Below, one piece after another: positions 36,881-50,899 of a DNA stretch of 64,000 nt. The stretch's first letter is position 1; each line of letters opens with the position of its first letter. Source of the DNA: Ranitomeya imitator (taxonomy: Eukaryota); contig NC_091289.1 of the NCBI RefSeq assembly GCF_032444005.1, forward strand, positions 179,118,001 to 179,182,000. Reading direction: 5' to 3'. The translations under genes were made by a program, and so were the position numbers. Below the pieces are notes generated by a model that was not told the DNA's origin, ran no database searches, and saw only the letters and a list, made by a program, of their open reading frames with translations.

Positions 36881-37284
36881 CACCCCAATTACATCCCAGT
36901 ATATGGCCAGACCTGAAATGAGCGAGTCACAAGAGCTGACAATCTACATGGTCCATGCGATCACACCCTGCTCCAGGCAGTGGTGGTGATAGAAACGCCC
37001 TCATGTGTCATACAAGTGTCCGGCGCTGGCACTACAGGTGACTCACAGAGCTGTTTACTGATCTATATAAGGAACACGCCTGATCCAACAACAGTCCCCG
37101 AAATATGGCGAAGATGGGTCAGCGAGCACCTGACCTATTAACAGTATTCAGGATACACCATACTAAAAACTGATGGGTCTGTAATGTGAGCCCCCATAAG
37201 TGCTGGCAGAGAATAAACAGTATGGCTCTATATAGGTGCATGGGATTCAAAGGTGACTGAGGGCACATGGATCCTGTATGAGCA

Positions 37285-39430
37285 GTGCTATATGCTGGAG
37301 ATCTATAGGGGATGTCACTGAGCACTGCACAGATCTATAGGGGACATAACTGAGCACTGCACAGATCATAGCTCTATAGGTGACGTCACTGAACACTGCA
37401 CAGATCACAGATCTATAGGGGACGTCATTGAGCACTGCACAGATCATAGCTCTATAGGGGACGTAACTAAGCACTGCACAGATCACAGATCTATAGGGGA
37501 CGTCATTGAGCACTGCACAGATCATTGATCTATAGAGAACGTCACTGAGCACTGCACAGATCTATAGGGGACGTCACTGAGCACTGCACAGATTTATAGA
37601 GGACGTCACTGAGCACTGCACAAATCAATAGGGAACGTCACTAAGCACTGCGCAGATCTATAGGGGACGTCACTGAGCACTGCACAGATCACAGAGCTAT
37701 AGGGAACGTCACTGAGCACTGCACAGATCGATAGGGGACATCACTGAGCACTACACAGATCACAGAACTATAGAGGACGTCACTGAGCACTGCACAGATC
37801 TATAGGGGATGTCACTGAGCACTGCACAGATCTATAGGGGACGTCACTGAGCACTGCACAGATCACAGATCTATAGAGGACGTCACTGAGCACTGCACAG
37901 ATCTATAGGGGATGTCACCGAGCACTGCACATATCTATAGGGGACGTCACCGAGCACTACACAGATCACAGAACTATAGAGGACGTCACTGAGCACTGCA
38001 CAGATCTATAGGTGATGTCACCGAGCACTGCACAGATCACAGAACTATAGGGAACGTCACTGAGCACTGCATAAATCTATAGTGGACGTCACTGAGCACT
38101 GCACAGATCACAGATCTATAGAGGACGTCACTGAGCACTGCACAGATCTATAGGGGATGTCACCGAGCACTACACAGATCTATAGAGGACGTCACCGAGC
38201 ACTGCACAGATCACAGAACTATAGGGAATGTCACTGAGCACTGCACAGATCTATAGGGGACGTCACTGAGCACTGCACAGATCTATAGGGGACATCATTG
38301 AGCACTACACCGATCTATAGGGGACATCATTTAGCACTGAAAAGATCACAGATCTATAGGGGATGTCACTGAACACTGCACAGATCTATAGGTGACGTCA
38401 CTGAGCACTGTACAGATCACAGAACTATAGGGAACGTCACTGAGCACTTCACAGATCGATAGAGGACGTCACTGAGCACTGCACAAATCTATAGGGAACG
38501 TCACTAAGCATTGCACAGATCTATAGGGGACGTCACTGAGCACTGCACAGATCACAGAGCTATAGGGAACGTCACTGAGCACTGCACAGATTGATAGGGG
38601 ACGTTACTGAGCAATACACAGATCACAGAACTATAGCGGACGTCACTGACCACTGCACAGATCTATAGGGGACGTCACTGAGCACTACACAGGTCACAGA
38701 ACTATAGGGAACGTCACTGAGCACTACACAGATCTATAGGGGACGTCACTGAGCACTGCACAGATCACATATCTATAGAGGATGTCACTGAGCACTGCAC
38801 AGATCTATAGGGGATGTCACTGAGCACTGCACAGATCTATAGGGATGTCACTGAGCACTGCACAGATCTATAAGGGATGTCACTGAGCACTGCACAGATC
38901 TATAAGGGATGTCACTGAGCACTGCACAGATCTATAGGGGATGTCACTGAGCACTGCACAGATCTATAGGGGATGTCACTGAGCACTGCACAGATCTATA
39001 GGAGATGTCACTGAGCACTGCACAGATCTATAGGGGATATCACTGAGCACTGCACAGATCTATAGGGGATGTCACTGAGCACTGCACAGATCTATAGGGG
39101 ATGTCACTGAGCACTGCACAGATCTATAGGGGATGTCACTGAGCACTGCACAGATCTATAGGGGATGTCACTGAGCACTGCACAGATCTATAGGGGATGT
39201 CACTGAGCACTGCACAGATCTATAGGGGATGTCACTGAGCACTGCACAGATCTATAGGGGACGTCACTGAACACTGCACAGATCATAGCTCTATAGGGGA
39301 CGTCACTGAACACTGCACAGATCATAGCTCTATAGGGGACGTCACAGAGCACTGCACAGATCACAGAACTATAGGGAACGTTACTGAGCACTACACAGAT
39401 CTATAGGGGACGTCACAGAGCACTGCACAG
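37285..39430 (+). repeat. 32-bp minisatellite with 41-bp variants
   Basis: (CACTGAGCACTGCACAGATCTATAGGGGATGT)n; homogeneous at about 38760-39260 and more variable elsewhere. Confidence 0.95.
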
Positions 39431-39646
39431 ATTGCATAGACCCCAGGGGGAGGACATGGTGGATGCAGATCTGTAGTGGCGGCCATGGTGCAGGGCACAT
39501 CATACAGGTGCTGGGGTTCTGGACCATACAGATCTATGGAGGGGTGAGGAGGACTATATACACGGGGCAGGAGATCAGCGCGTCACATCCACAGGGAGCA
39601 CAGAGCGGAGCACAGGCCGCGAACGTACAGTCAGCACAGAGCTCAC

Positions 39647-39720
39647 CTCCGGCCCCAGATCACCGAGCATCCCAGGAAGAAAGAACCCGGAACTACCGCT
39701 ACCGTATATCACCGAGGAAA
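39647..39720 (-). other. HECTD3: Candidate upstream first exon of HECTD3 (5'UTR, possibly encoding MLGDLGPE)
   Basis: CpG-rich segment with an ETS-like CCGGAA and a strong donor GAG|GTGAGC at 39647/39646. ATG at 39670-39668. The upstream boundary is approximate. Confidence 0.5.
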
Positions 39721-39811
39721 CGCGCAGCGCGTGCACAGAGCGGGGTGGTGCTGTGAAGGTGCAGTCAGGCTCAGGTACACAGAACACAAGCAGCCTGCAG
39801 CAGTGTTACAC

Positions 39812-39950
39812 AGGAGAGGATTAGATACACAGCTCAGCAGACAGAATCACAAAGGATAGGATTAGATACACAGCTCACAGTCAGTATCACACAGGATAGG
39901 ATTAGATACACAGCTCAAAAGACAGTATCACACAGGACAGGATTACATAC
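39812..39950 (+). repeat. Short repeat of about 41 bp
   Basis: GGATTAGATACACAGCTCA..CAGTATCACACAGGATA at 39818, 39859 and 39899; a single related unit lies near 42020. Confidence 0.8.
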
Positions 39951-40008
39951 ATGTAGATTGTGAGGGGCCGGGTCCTCCCCCTCTTTCGCTGTGTATATTA
40001 TATACATA

Positions 40009-41907
40009 CACTGCTCAAAAAAATAAAGGGAACACTTAGGGTATGTTTCCACGTTCAGGAAATGCTGCATAGAGACGCAGCGTCAAACACGCAGCGTCCA
40101 GATGTTACAGCATAGTGGAGGGGATTTCATGAAATCCCGTCTCCACTATGCGTGGTAACACGCATCCGGCGGCCCTGCGATTCCAGACATGCTGCACGTC
40201 TTTTTAGATCATAGCATGTCCGTTTACCTTGCGGCGACGCTGCGCCGCCGCAAGGTATAACACAGGGCCCTATGTGTGGGGTGCAATGAACACATCCGGC
40301 ATCATCGCGTCTCCAGAAGGGGGCGGAGCTTTGGGCGGAGCTAGTTCGCCACTCCGTAAAAACCGCCGGCCGTCCTGAACGTGGACACGTACCCTTAAAC
40401 AACAGAATCTAACTCCAAGTAAATCAAACTTCTGTGAAATCAAACCGTCCACTTAGGAAGCAACACTGATTGACAATCAATTTCACATGCTGTTGTGCAA
40501 ATGGAATAGACAACAGATGGAAATTATTGGCAATTATCAAGACACCCTCAATAAAGGGGTGGTTCTGCAGGTGGGGACCACAGACCACATCTCAGTACCA
40601 ATGCTTTCTGGCTGATGTTTTGGTCACTTTTGAATGTTGGTTGTGCTTTCACACTCGTGGTAGCATGAGACGGACTCTACAACCCACACAAGTGGCTCAG
40701 GTAGTGCAGCTCATCCAGAATGGCACATCAATGCGAGCTGTGGCAAGAAGGTTTGCTGTGTCTGTCAGCCTAGTGTCCAGAGGTTGGAGGTGCTACCAGG
40801 AAACAGGCCAGAACACCAGGAGATGTGGAGGGGGCCGTAGGAGGGCAACAACCCAGCAGCAGGACCGCTACCTCAGCCTTTGTGCAAGGAGGAACAGGAG
40901 GAGCACTGCCAGAGCCCTGCAAAATGACCTCCAGCAGGCCACAAATGTGGATGGTTTGAGTGCCCGACATCCACAGATGGGGATTGTGCTCACAGCCCAA
41001 CACTGTGCAGGACGCTTGGCTTTTGCCCCAGAACACCAGGATTGGCAAATTCGCCACTGGCACCCTGTGCTCTTCACAGATGAAAGCAGGTTCACACTGA
41101 GCACATGTGACAGACGTGACAAAGTCTGGAGACACCGTGGAGAGTGATCTGCTGCCTGCAACATCCTTCAGCATGACCGGTTTGGCAGTGGGTCAGTAAT
41201 GGTGTAGGGTGGCATTTCTTTAGAGGGCCGCACAGCCCTCCATGTGCTCGCCAGAGGTAGCCTGACTGCCATTAGGTACAGAGATGAGATCCTCAGACCC
41301 CTTGTGAGACCATATGCTGGTGCGGTTGGCCCTGGGTTCCTCCTAATGCAGGACAATGCCAGACCTCATGTGGCTGGAGTGTGTCAGCAGCTCCTACATG
41401 ATGAAGGCATTGAAGCTATGGACTGGCCCGCCCGTTCCCCAGACATGAATCCAATTAAACACATCTGGGACATCATGTCTCGCTCCATCCACCAACGTCA
41501 CGTTGCATCACAGACTGTCCAGGAGTTGGTGGATGCTTTATTCCAGGTCTGGGAGGAGATCCCTCAGGAGACCATCCACCGCCTCCTCAGGAGCATGTCC
41601 AGGCGTTGTAGGGAGGTCATACAGGCACGTGGAGGCCACACACAATACTGAGCATCATTTCCTTGTCTTGAGGCATTTCCACTGAAGTTAGATCAGCCTG
41701 TAATTTGATTTTCCACTTTGATTTTGAGTATCAAGCCAAATCCAGACCTCCATGGGATATTCATTTTGATTTACATTGATAATTGTTATGTTTTATTGTT
41801 ATGAACACATTCCACTATGCAATGAATAAAAACTTGCAACTGGAATATTTCACTCAGAGATATCTAGGATGTGGGATTTTAGTGTTCCCTTTATTGTTTG
41901 AGCAGTG
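40009..41907 (+). mobile_element. Tc1/mariner element C, transposase pseudogene
   Basis: TA-flanked TIRs CACTGCTCAAAA..AAAGGGAACACT / AGTGTTCCCTTTATTGTTTGAGCAGTG. Transposase fragments [31 protein letters not shown] and WPARSPDMNPIKHIWD end at 41651 and contain internal stops. Confidence 0.9.
40039..40394. mobile_element. PIF/Harbinger-type MITE inside the left end of Tc1-C
   Basis: TIR GGGTATGTTTCCACGTTCAGGA / TCCTGAACGTGGACACGTACCC with a TTA TSD (40036-40038 and 40395-40397). Confidence 0.85.
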
Positions 41908-42989
41908 TATATTATATGGCTGTGACCTTGTCTTATTTTTAACTCCCTGGAATTAATTTTGCTTTAAAATAAATAGTAATAATAATACGGGGACTCCGCA
42001 AACTGCATCACAACTAATAGGATTAGATACAGCAGCTCAGCATATAGTATCACACTGCTTGGATACATAGATGCTCACTGTTGTGGAGGAAGTAAGGTGG
42101 TCTTCCAGTGGAGGTGTATCCCTCCACGACAGCCACTCCGCTCATCCTCTATGGGACTATGGAGTGTTGTGTTGGGCTTTCTCCGGCAGTCCTGTGTAGA
42201 ATGATTGGCGCACTATCGCTGGATTGTAATGATGCCCCCTTCTGCCGATCAGTGCAGGATCCCAGCGATCAGACCCTGGACATTATCTCCCATCCGGCCA
42301 ATATTCCTCTAAATTCACTTTAATTCATTAGATAATGTTACACCCGTCTCCTCGGTCGCTGCTGGATCTGCCTGACATCTGATAACTTTCATCTGAAGCC
42401 GAGTCTTTATCTTCTGGGAACAAATGTGACCACGTACTGAACGCAGCAATAGATAAAGTATACATCCAACTACGAGAAGCGATATCATAAATCTCCTGTG
42501 CAATAAGTGAGATATATCTGCTGGGGGGATGAATCGGAGAACATTCGGAAAAATTATAAGAACCAAAAGAAATCACCAAACATACGTAGAATGTGATGTA
42601 GAAATAAAATACCGTTATTGACAAGAGTGGAATAAGAGAGCAGCACATACGAGGGGCCGCACACAACGATACAAGAAAACATCAAAATAAAAACTGAACC
42701 ACTGGGCAACTAATAGAACAGCACATGTGAACATATGTCCATAGCCTGAAAGAAGATGACTGCGTCCCACAATGGCAACGTGAGAGACAAAGGCTACAGT
42801 GAAAAAGCTGATAAATGATGTCAGATCATAGGTCAGAGGAACGTATAGGCACATATATAAAGAGATGAGGGCGCGTATAATCTAATGATAGGGAATATAT
42901 CCACAATATAGGAAATCATAAGCTGTAATGAGCCCAGAATGTGAGAGACCAACAGGTAAAACCTATTAGAATGCAGCTCCTATGAGAGA

Positions 42990-45900
42990 GCGGCAGAGGC
43001 CGCGTGTATATAACCGAGTATCTCTGACCGCAGAGGCCGCGTGTATCTGACCGAGTATCTCTGACCGCAGAGGCCGCGTGTATCTGACCGAGTATCTCTG
43101 ACCGCAGAGGCCGCGTGTATCTGACCGAGTATCTCTGACCGCAGAGGCCGCGTGTATCTGACCCAGTATCTCTGACCGCAGAGGCCGCGTGTATCTGACC
43201 CAGTATCTCTGACCGCAGAGGCCGCGTGTATCTGACCGAGTATCTCTGACCGCAGAGGCCGCGTGTATCTGACCGAGTATCTCTGACCGCAGAGGCCGCG
43301 TGTATCTGACCGAGTATCTCTGACCGCAGAGGCCGCGTGTATCTGACCGAGTATCTCTGACCGCAGAGGCCGCGTGTATCTGACCGAGTATCTCTGACCG
43401 CAGAGGCCGCGTGTATCTGACCGAGTATCTCTGACCGCAGAGGCCGCGTGTATCTGACCCAGTATCTCTGACCGCAGAGGCCGCGTGTATATAACCGAGT
43501 ATCTCTGACCGCAGAGGCCGCGTGTATATAACCAAGTATCTCTGACCGCAGAGGCCGCGTGTATCTGACCGAGTATCTCTGACCGCAGAGGCCGCGTGTA
43601 TCTGACCGAGTATCTCTGACCGCAGAGGCCGCGTGTATCTGACCGAGTATCTCTGACCGCAGAGGCCGCGTGTATCTGACCCAGTATCTCTGACCGCAGA
43701 GGCCGCGTGTATCTGACCGAGTATCTCTGACCGCAGAGGCCGCGTGTATCTGACCGCGTATCTCTGACCGCAGAGGCCGCGTGTATCTGACCGAGTATCT
43801 CTGACCGCAGAGGCCGCGTGTATCTGACCGAGTATCTCTGACCGCAGAGGCCGCGTGTATATAACCGAGTATCTCTGACCGCAGAGGCCGCGTGTATCTG
43901 ACCGAGTATCTCTGACCGCAGAGGCCGCGTGTATCTGACCGAGTATCTCTGACCGCAGAGGCCACGTGTATCTGACCCAGTATCTCTGACCGCAGAGGCC
44001 GCGTGTATCTGACCCAGTATCTCTGACCGCAGAGGCCGCGTGTATCTGACCGAGTATCTCTGACCGCAGAGGCCGCGTGTATCTGACCCAGTATCTCTGA
44101 CCGCAGAGGCCGCGTGTATCTGACCCAGTATCTCTGACCGCAGAGGCCGCGTGTATCTGACCGAGTATCTCTGACCGCAGAGGCCGCGTGTATCTGACCG
44201 AGTATCTCTGACCGCAGAGGCCGCGTGTATCTGACCCATTATGTCTGACCGCAGAGGCCGCGTGTATCTGACCCAGTATCTCTGACCGCAGAGGCCGCGT
44301 GTATCTGACCCAGTATCTCTGACCGCAGAGGCCGCGTGTATCTGACCGAGTATCTCTGACCGCAGAGGCCGCGTGTATCTGACCGAGTATCTCTGACCGC
44401 AGAGGCCGCGTGTATATAACCGAGTATCTCTGACCGCAGAGGCCGCGTGTATCTGACCCAGTATCTCTGACCGCAGAGGCCGCGTGTATATAACCGAGTA
44501 TCTCTGACCGCAGAGGCCGCGTGTATCTGACCGAGTATCTCTGACCGCAGAGGCCGCGTGTATCTGACCGAGTATCTCTGACCGCAGAGGCCGCGTGTAT
44601 ATAACCGAGTATCTCTGACCGCAGAGGCCGCGTGTATCTGACCCAGTATCTCTGACCGCAGAGGCCGCGTGTATCTGACCGAGTATCTCTGACCGTAGAG
44701 GCCGCGTGTATCTGACCGAGTATCTCTGACCGCAGAGGCCGCGTGTATCTGACCCAGTATCTCTGACCGCAGAGGCCGCGTGTATCTGACCGAGTATCTC
44801 TGACCGCAGAGGCCGCGTGTATCTGACCGAGTATCTCTGACCGCAGAGGCCGCGTGTATCTGACCCAGTATCTCTGACCGCAGAGGCCGCGTGTATCTGA
44901 CCGAGTATCTCTGACCGCAGAGGCCGCGTGTATCTGACCCAGTATCTCTGACCGCAGAGGCCGCGTGTATATAACCGAGTATCTCTGACCGCAGAGGCCG
45001 CGTGTATCTGACCGAGTATCTCTGACCGCAGAGGCCGCGTGTATCTGACCGAGTATCTCTGACCGCAGAGGCCGCGTGTATCTGACCGAGTATCTCTGAC
45101 CGCAGAGGCCACGTGTATCTGACCCAGTATCTCTGACCGCAGAGGCCGCGTGTATCTGACCCAGTATCTCTGACCGCAGAGGCCGCGTGTATCTGACCGA
45201 GTATCTCTGACCGCAGAGGCCGCGTGTATATAACCGAGTATCTCTGACCACAGAGGCCGCGTGTATCTGACCGAGTATCTCTGACCACAGAGGCCACGTG
45301 TATCTGACCGAGTATCTCTGACCGCAGAGGCCACGTGTATCTGACCCAGTATCTCTGACCACAGAGGCCGCGTGTATCTGACCCAGTATCTCTGACCGCA
45401 GAGGCCGCGTGTATCTGACCGAGTATTTCTGACCGCAGAGGCCGCGTGTATCTGACCCAGTATCTCTGACCGCAGAGGCCGCGTGTATATAACCGAGTAT
45501 CTCTGACCGAGTATCTCTGACCACAGAGGCCACGTGTATCTGACCGAGTATCTCTGGCCGCAGAGGCCACGTGTATCTGACCCAGTATCTCTGACCGCAG
45601 AGGCCGCGTGTATCTGACCCAGTATCTCTGACCGCAGAGGCCGCGTGTATCTGACCCAGTATCTCTGACCACAGAGGCCGCGTGTATCTGACCGAGTATT
45701 TCTGACCGCAGAGGCCGCGTGTATCTGACCGAGTATTTCTGACCGCAGAGGCCGCGTGTATCTGACCGAGTATCTCTGACCGCAGAGGCCGCGTGTATCT
45801 GACCCAGTATCTCTGACCGCAGAGGCCGCGTGTATCTGACCCAGTATCTCTGACCACAGAGGCCGCGTGTATCTGACCGAGTATCTCTGACCGCAGAGGC

Positions 45901-48900
45901 CGCGTGTATCTGACCGAGTATCTCTGACCGCAGAGGCCACGTGTATCTGACCCAGTATCTCTGACCGCAGAGGCCGCGTGTATCTGACCCAGTATGTCTG
46001 ACCGCAGAGGCCGCGTGTATCTGACCCAGTATGTCTGACCGCAGAGGCCGCGTGTATCTGACCGAGTATCTCTGACCGCAGAGGCCGCGTGTATCTGACC
46101 GAGTATCTCTGACCGCAGAGGCTGCGTGTATCTGACCCAGTATCTCTGACCGCAGAGGCCGCGTGTATATAACCGAGTATCTCTGACCACAGAGGCCGCG
46201 TGTATCTGACCGAGTATCTCTGACCACAGAGGCCACGTGTATCTGACCCAGTATCTCTGACCGCAGAGGCCACGTGTATCTGACCCAGTATCTCTGACCA
46301 CAGAGGCCGCGTGTATCTGACCCAGTATCTCTGACCGCAGAGGCCGCGTGTATCTGACCGAGTATTTCTGACCGCAGAGGCCGCGTGTATCTGACCCAGT
46401 ATCTCTGACCGCAGAGGCCGCGTGTATATAACCGAGTATCTCTGACCACAGAGGCCGCGTGTATCTGACCGAGTATCTCTGACCGCAGAGGCCACGTGTA
46501 TCTGACCGAGTATCTCTGACCACAGAGGCCGTGTGTATCTGACCGAGTATCTCTGACCGCAGAGGCCGCGTGTATCTGACCGAGTATCTCTGACCGCAGA
46601 GGCCGCGTGTATCTGACCCAGTATCTCTGACCGCAGAGGCCGCGTGTATCTGACCGAGTATCTCTGACCGCAGAGGCCGCGTGTATCTGATCGAGTATCT
46701 CTGACCGCAGAGGCCGCGTGTATCTGACCGAGTATCTCTGACCGCAGAGGCCGCGTGTATCTGACCGAGTATCTCTGACCGCATAGGCCGCGTGTATCTG
46801 ACCCAGTATCTCTGACCGCAGAGGCCGCGTGTATCTGACCCAGTATCTCTGACCGCAGAGGCCGCGTGTATCTGACCGAGTATCTCTGACCGCAGAGGCC
46901 GCGTGTATCTGACCGAGTATCTCTGACCGCAGAGGCCGCGTGTATCTGACCCAGTATCTCTGACCGCAGAGGCCGCGTGTATCTGACCGAGTATCTCTGA
47001 CCGCAGAGGCCGCGTGTATCTGACCCAGTATCTCTGACCGCAGAGGCCGCGTGTATCTGACCCAGTATCTCTGACCGCAGAGGCCGCGTGTATCTGACCG
47101 AGTATCTCTGACCGCAGAGGCCGCGTGTATCTGACCGAGTATCTCTGACCGCAGAGGCCACGTGTATCTGACCCAGTATCTCTGACCACAGAGGCCGCGT
47201 GTATCTGACCCAGTATCTCTGACCGCAGAGGCCGCGTGTATCTGACCGAGTATTTCTGACCGCAGAGGCCGCGTGTATCTGACCCAGTATCTCTGACCGC
47301 AGAGGCCGCGTGTATATAACCGAGTATCTCTGACCACAGAGGCCGCGTGTATCTGACCGAGTATCTCTGACCACAGAGGCCACGTGTATCTGACCGAGTA
47401 TCTCTGGCCGCAGAGGCCACGTGTATCTGACCCAGTATCTCTGACCACAGAGGCCGCGTGTATCTGACCCAGTATCTCTCACCGCAGAGGCCGCGTGTAT
47501 CTGACCGAGTATTTCTGACCGCAGAGGCCGCGTGTATCTGACCCAGTATCTCTGACCGCAGAGGCCGCGTGTATCTGACGGAGTATCTCTGACCGCAGAG
47601 GCCGCGTGTATCTGACGGAGTATCTCTGACCGCAGAGGCCGCGTGTATCTGACCGAGTATCTCTGACCACAGAGGCCACGTGTATCTGACCGAGTATCTC
47701 TGACCACAGAGGCCACGTGTATCTGACCGAGTATCTCTGACCGCAGAGGCCGCGTGTATCTGACCCAGTATCTCTGACCACAGAGGCCGCGTGTATCTGA
47801 CCCAGTATCTCTGACCGCAGAGGCCGCGTGTATCTGACCCAGTATCTCTGACCGCAGAGGCCACGTGTATCTGACCGAGTATCTCTGACCACAGAGGCCA
47901 CGTGTATCTGACCGAGTATCTCTGACCGCAGAGGCCGCGTGTATCTGACCGAGTATCTCTGACCGCAGAGGCCGCGTGTATCTGACCGAGTATCTCTGAC
48001 CACAGAGGCCACGTGTATCTGACCGAGTATCTCTGACCGCAGAGGCCGCGTGTATCTGTCCGAGTATCTCTGACCGCAGAGGCCGCGTGTATCTGACCCA
48101 GTATCTCTGACCGCAGAGGCCGCGTGTATCTGACCCAGTATCTCTGACCGCAGAGGCTGCGTGTATCTGACCCAGTATCTCTGACCGCAGAGGCCACGTG
48201 TATCTGACCGAGTATCTCTGACCACAGAGGCCACGTGTATCTGACCGAGTATCTCTGACCGCAGAGGCCGCGTGTATCTGACCGAGTATCTCTGACCGCA
48301 GAGGCCGCATGTATCTGACCGAGTATCTCTGACCACAGAGGCCACGTGTATCTGACCGAGTATCTCTGACCGCAGAGGCCGCGTGTATCTGACCGAGTAT
48401 CTCTGACCGCAGAGGCCGCGTGTATCTGACCGAGTATCTCTGACCGCAGAGGCCGCGTGTATCTGACCGAGTATCTCTGACCGCAGAGGCCGCGTGTATC
48501 TGACCCAGTATCTCTGACCGCAGAGGCCGCGTGTATCTGACCGAGTATCTCTGACCGCAGAGGCCGCGTGTATCTGACCGAGTATCTCTGACCGCAGAGG
48601 CCGCGTGTATCTGACCGAGTATCTCTGACCGCAGAGGCCGCGTGTATCTGACCGAGTATCTCTGACCGCAGAGGCCGCGTGTATCTGACCGAGTATCTCT
48701 GACCGCAGAGGCCGCGTGTATCTGACCCAGTATCTCTGACCGCAGAGGCCGCGTGTATCTGACCGAATATCTCTGACCGCAGAGGCCGCGTGTATCTGAC
48801 CCAGTATCTCTGACCGCAGAGGCCGCGTGTATCTGACCGAGTATCTCTGACCGCAGAGGCCGCGTGTATCTGACCCAGTATCTCTGACCGCAGAGGCCGC

Positions 48901-50895
48901 GTGTATCTGACCGAGTATCTCTGACCGCAGAGGCCGCGTGTATATAACCGAGTATCTCTGACCGCAGAGGCCGCGTGTATCTGACCGAGTATCTCTGACC
49001 ACAGAGGCCACGTGTATCTGACCGAGTATCTCTGACCGCAGAGGCCACGTGTATCTGACCGAGTATCTCTGACCACAGAGGCCACGTGTATCTGACCGAG
49101 TATCTCTGACCACAGAGGCCGTGTGTATCTGACCGAGTATCTCTGACCGCAGAGGCCGCGTGTATCTGACCGAGTATCTCTGACCGCAGAGGCCGCGTGT
49201 ATCTGACCCAGTATCTCTGACCGCAGAGGCCGCGTGTATCTGACCGAGTATCTCTGACCGCAGAGGCCGCGTGTATCTGACCGAGTATCTCTGACCGCAG
49301 AGGCCGCGTGTATCTGACCGAGTATCTCTGACCGCAGAGGCCGCGTGTATCTGACCGAGTATCTCTGACCGCAGAGGCCGCGTGTATCTGACCCAGTATC
49401 TCTGACCGCAGAGGCCGCGTGTATCTGACCCAGTATCTCTGACCGCAGAGGCCGCGTGTATCTGACCGAGTATCTCTGACCGCAGAGGCCGCGTGTATCT
49501 GACCGAGTATCTCTGACCGCAGAGGCCGCGTGTATCTGACCGAGTATCTCTGACCGCAGAGGCCGCGTGTATCTGACCCAGTATCTCTGACCGCAGAGGC
49601 CGCGTGTATCTGACCCAGTATGTCTGACCGCAGAGGCCGCGTGTATCTGACCCAGTATGTCTGACCGCAGAGGCCGCGTGTATCTGACCGAGTATCTCTG
49701 ACCGCAGAGGCCGCGTGTATATAACCGAGTATCTCTGACCACAGAGGCCGCGTGTATCTGACCGAGTATCTCTGACCACAGAGGCCACGTGTATCTGACC
49801 GAGTATCTCTGACCGCAGAGGCCACGTGTATCTGACCCAGTATCTCTGACCACAGAGGCCGCGTGTATCTGACCCAGTATCTCTGACCGCAGAGGCCGCG
49901 TGTATCTGACCGAGTATTTCTGACCGCAGAGGCCGCGTGTATCTGACCCAGTATCTCTGACCGCAGAGGCCGCGTGTATATAACCGAGTATCTCTGACCA
50001 CAGAGGCCGCGTGTATCTGACCGAGTATCTCTGACCACAGAGGCCACGTGTATCTGACCGAGTATCTCTGGCCGCAGAGGCCACGTGTATCTGACCCAGT
50101 ATCTCTGACCACAGAGGCCGCGTGTATCTGACCCAGTATCTCTGACCGCAGAGGCCGCGTGTATCTGACCGAGTATTTCTGACCGCAGAGGCCGCGTGTA
50201 TCTGACCCAGTATCTCTGACCGCAGAGGCCGCGTGTATCTGACCCAGTATCTCTGACCGCAGAGGCTGCGTGTATCTGACCCAGTATCTCTGACCGCAGA
50301 GGCCACGTGTATCTGACCGAGTATCTCTGACCACAGAGGCCACGTGTATCTGACCGAGTATCTCTGACCGCAGAGGCCGCGTGTATCTGACCGAGTATCT
50401 CTGACCGCAGAGGCCGCATGTATCTGACCGAGTATCTCTGACCACAGAGGCCACGTGTATCTGACCGAGTATCTCTGACCGCAGAGGCCGCGTGTATCTG
50501 ACCGAGTATCTCTGACCGCAGAGGCCGCGTGTATCTGACCCAGTATCTCTGACCGCAGAGGCCGCGTGTATCTGACCCAGTATCTCTGACCGCAGAGGCC
50601 GCGTGTATCTGACCCAGTATCTCTGACCGCAGAGGCCGCGTGTATCTGACCGAGTATCTCTGACCGCAGAGGCCGCGTGTATCTGACTGAGTATCTCTGA
50701 CCGCAGAGGCCGCGTGTATCTGACCGAGTATCTCTGACCGCAGGGGCCGCGTGTATCTGACCCAGTATCTCTGACCGCAGAGGCCGCGTGTATCTGACCG
50801 AGTATCTCTGACCGCAGAGGCCGCGTGTATCTGACCCAGTATCTCTGACCGCAGAGGCTGCGTGTATCTGACCCAGTATCTCTGACCGCAGAGGC
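42990..50895 (+). repeat. 37-bp CpG-rich satellite, about 7.9 kb (about 213 copies)
   Basis: (GTATCTCTGACCGCAGAGGCCGCGTGTATCTGACCGA)n; the period measured from 43021 to 43058 is 37. Confidence 0.98.
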
Positions 50896-50899
50896 TGGG

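Noticed and set aside
36165-36881. Proline-rich extensin/formin-like ORF
   Set aside because: It is a translation of the 21-bp minisatellite upstream of the HECTD3 ATG exon.
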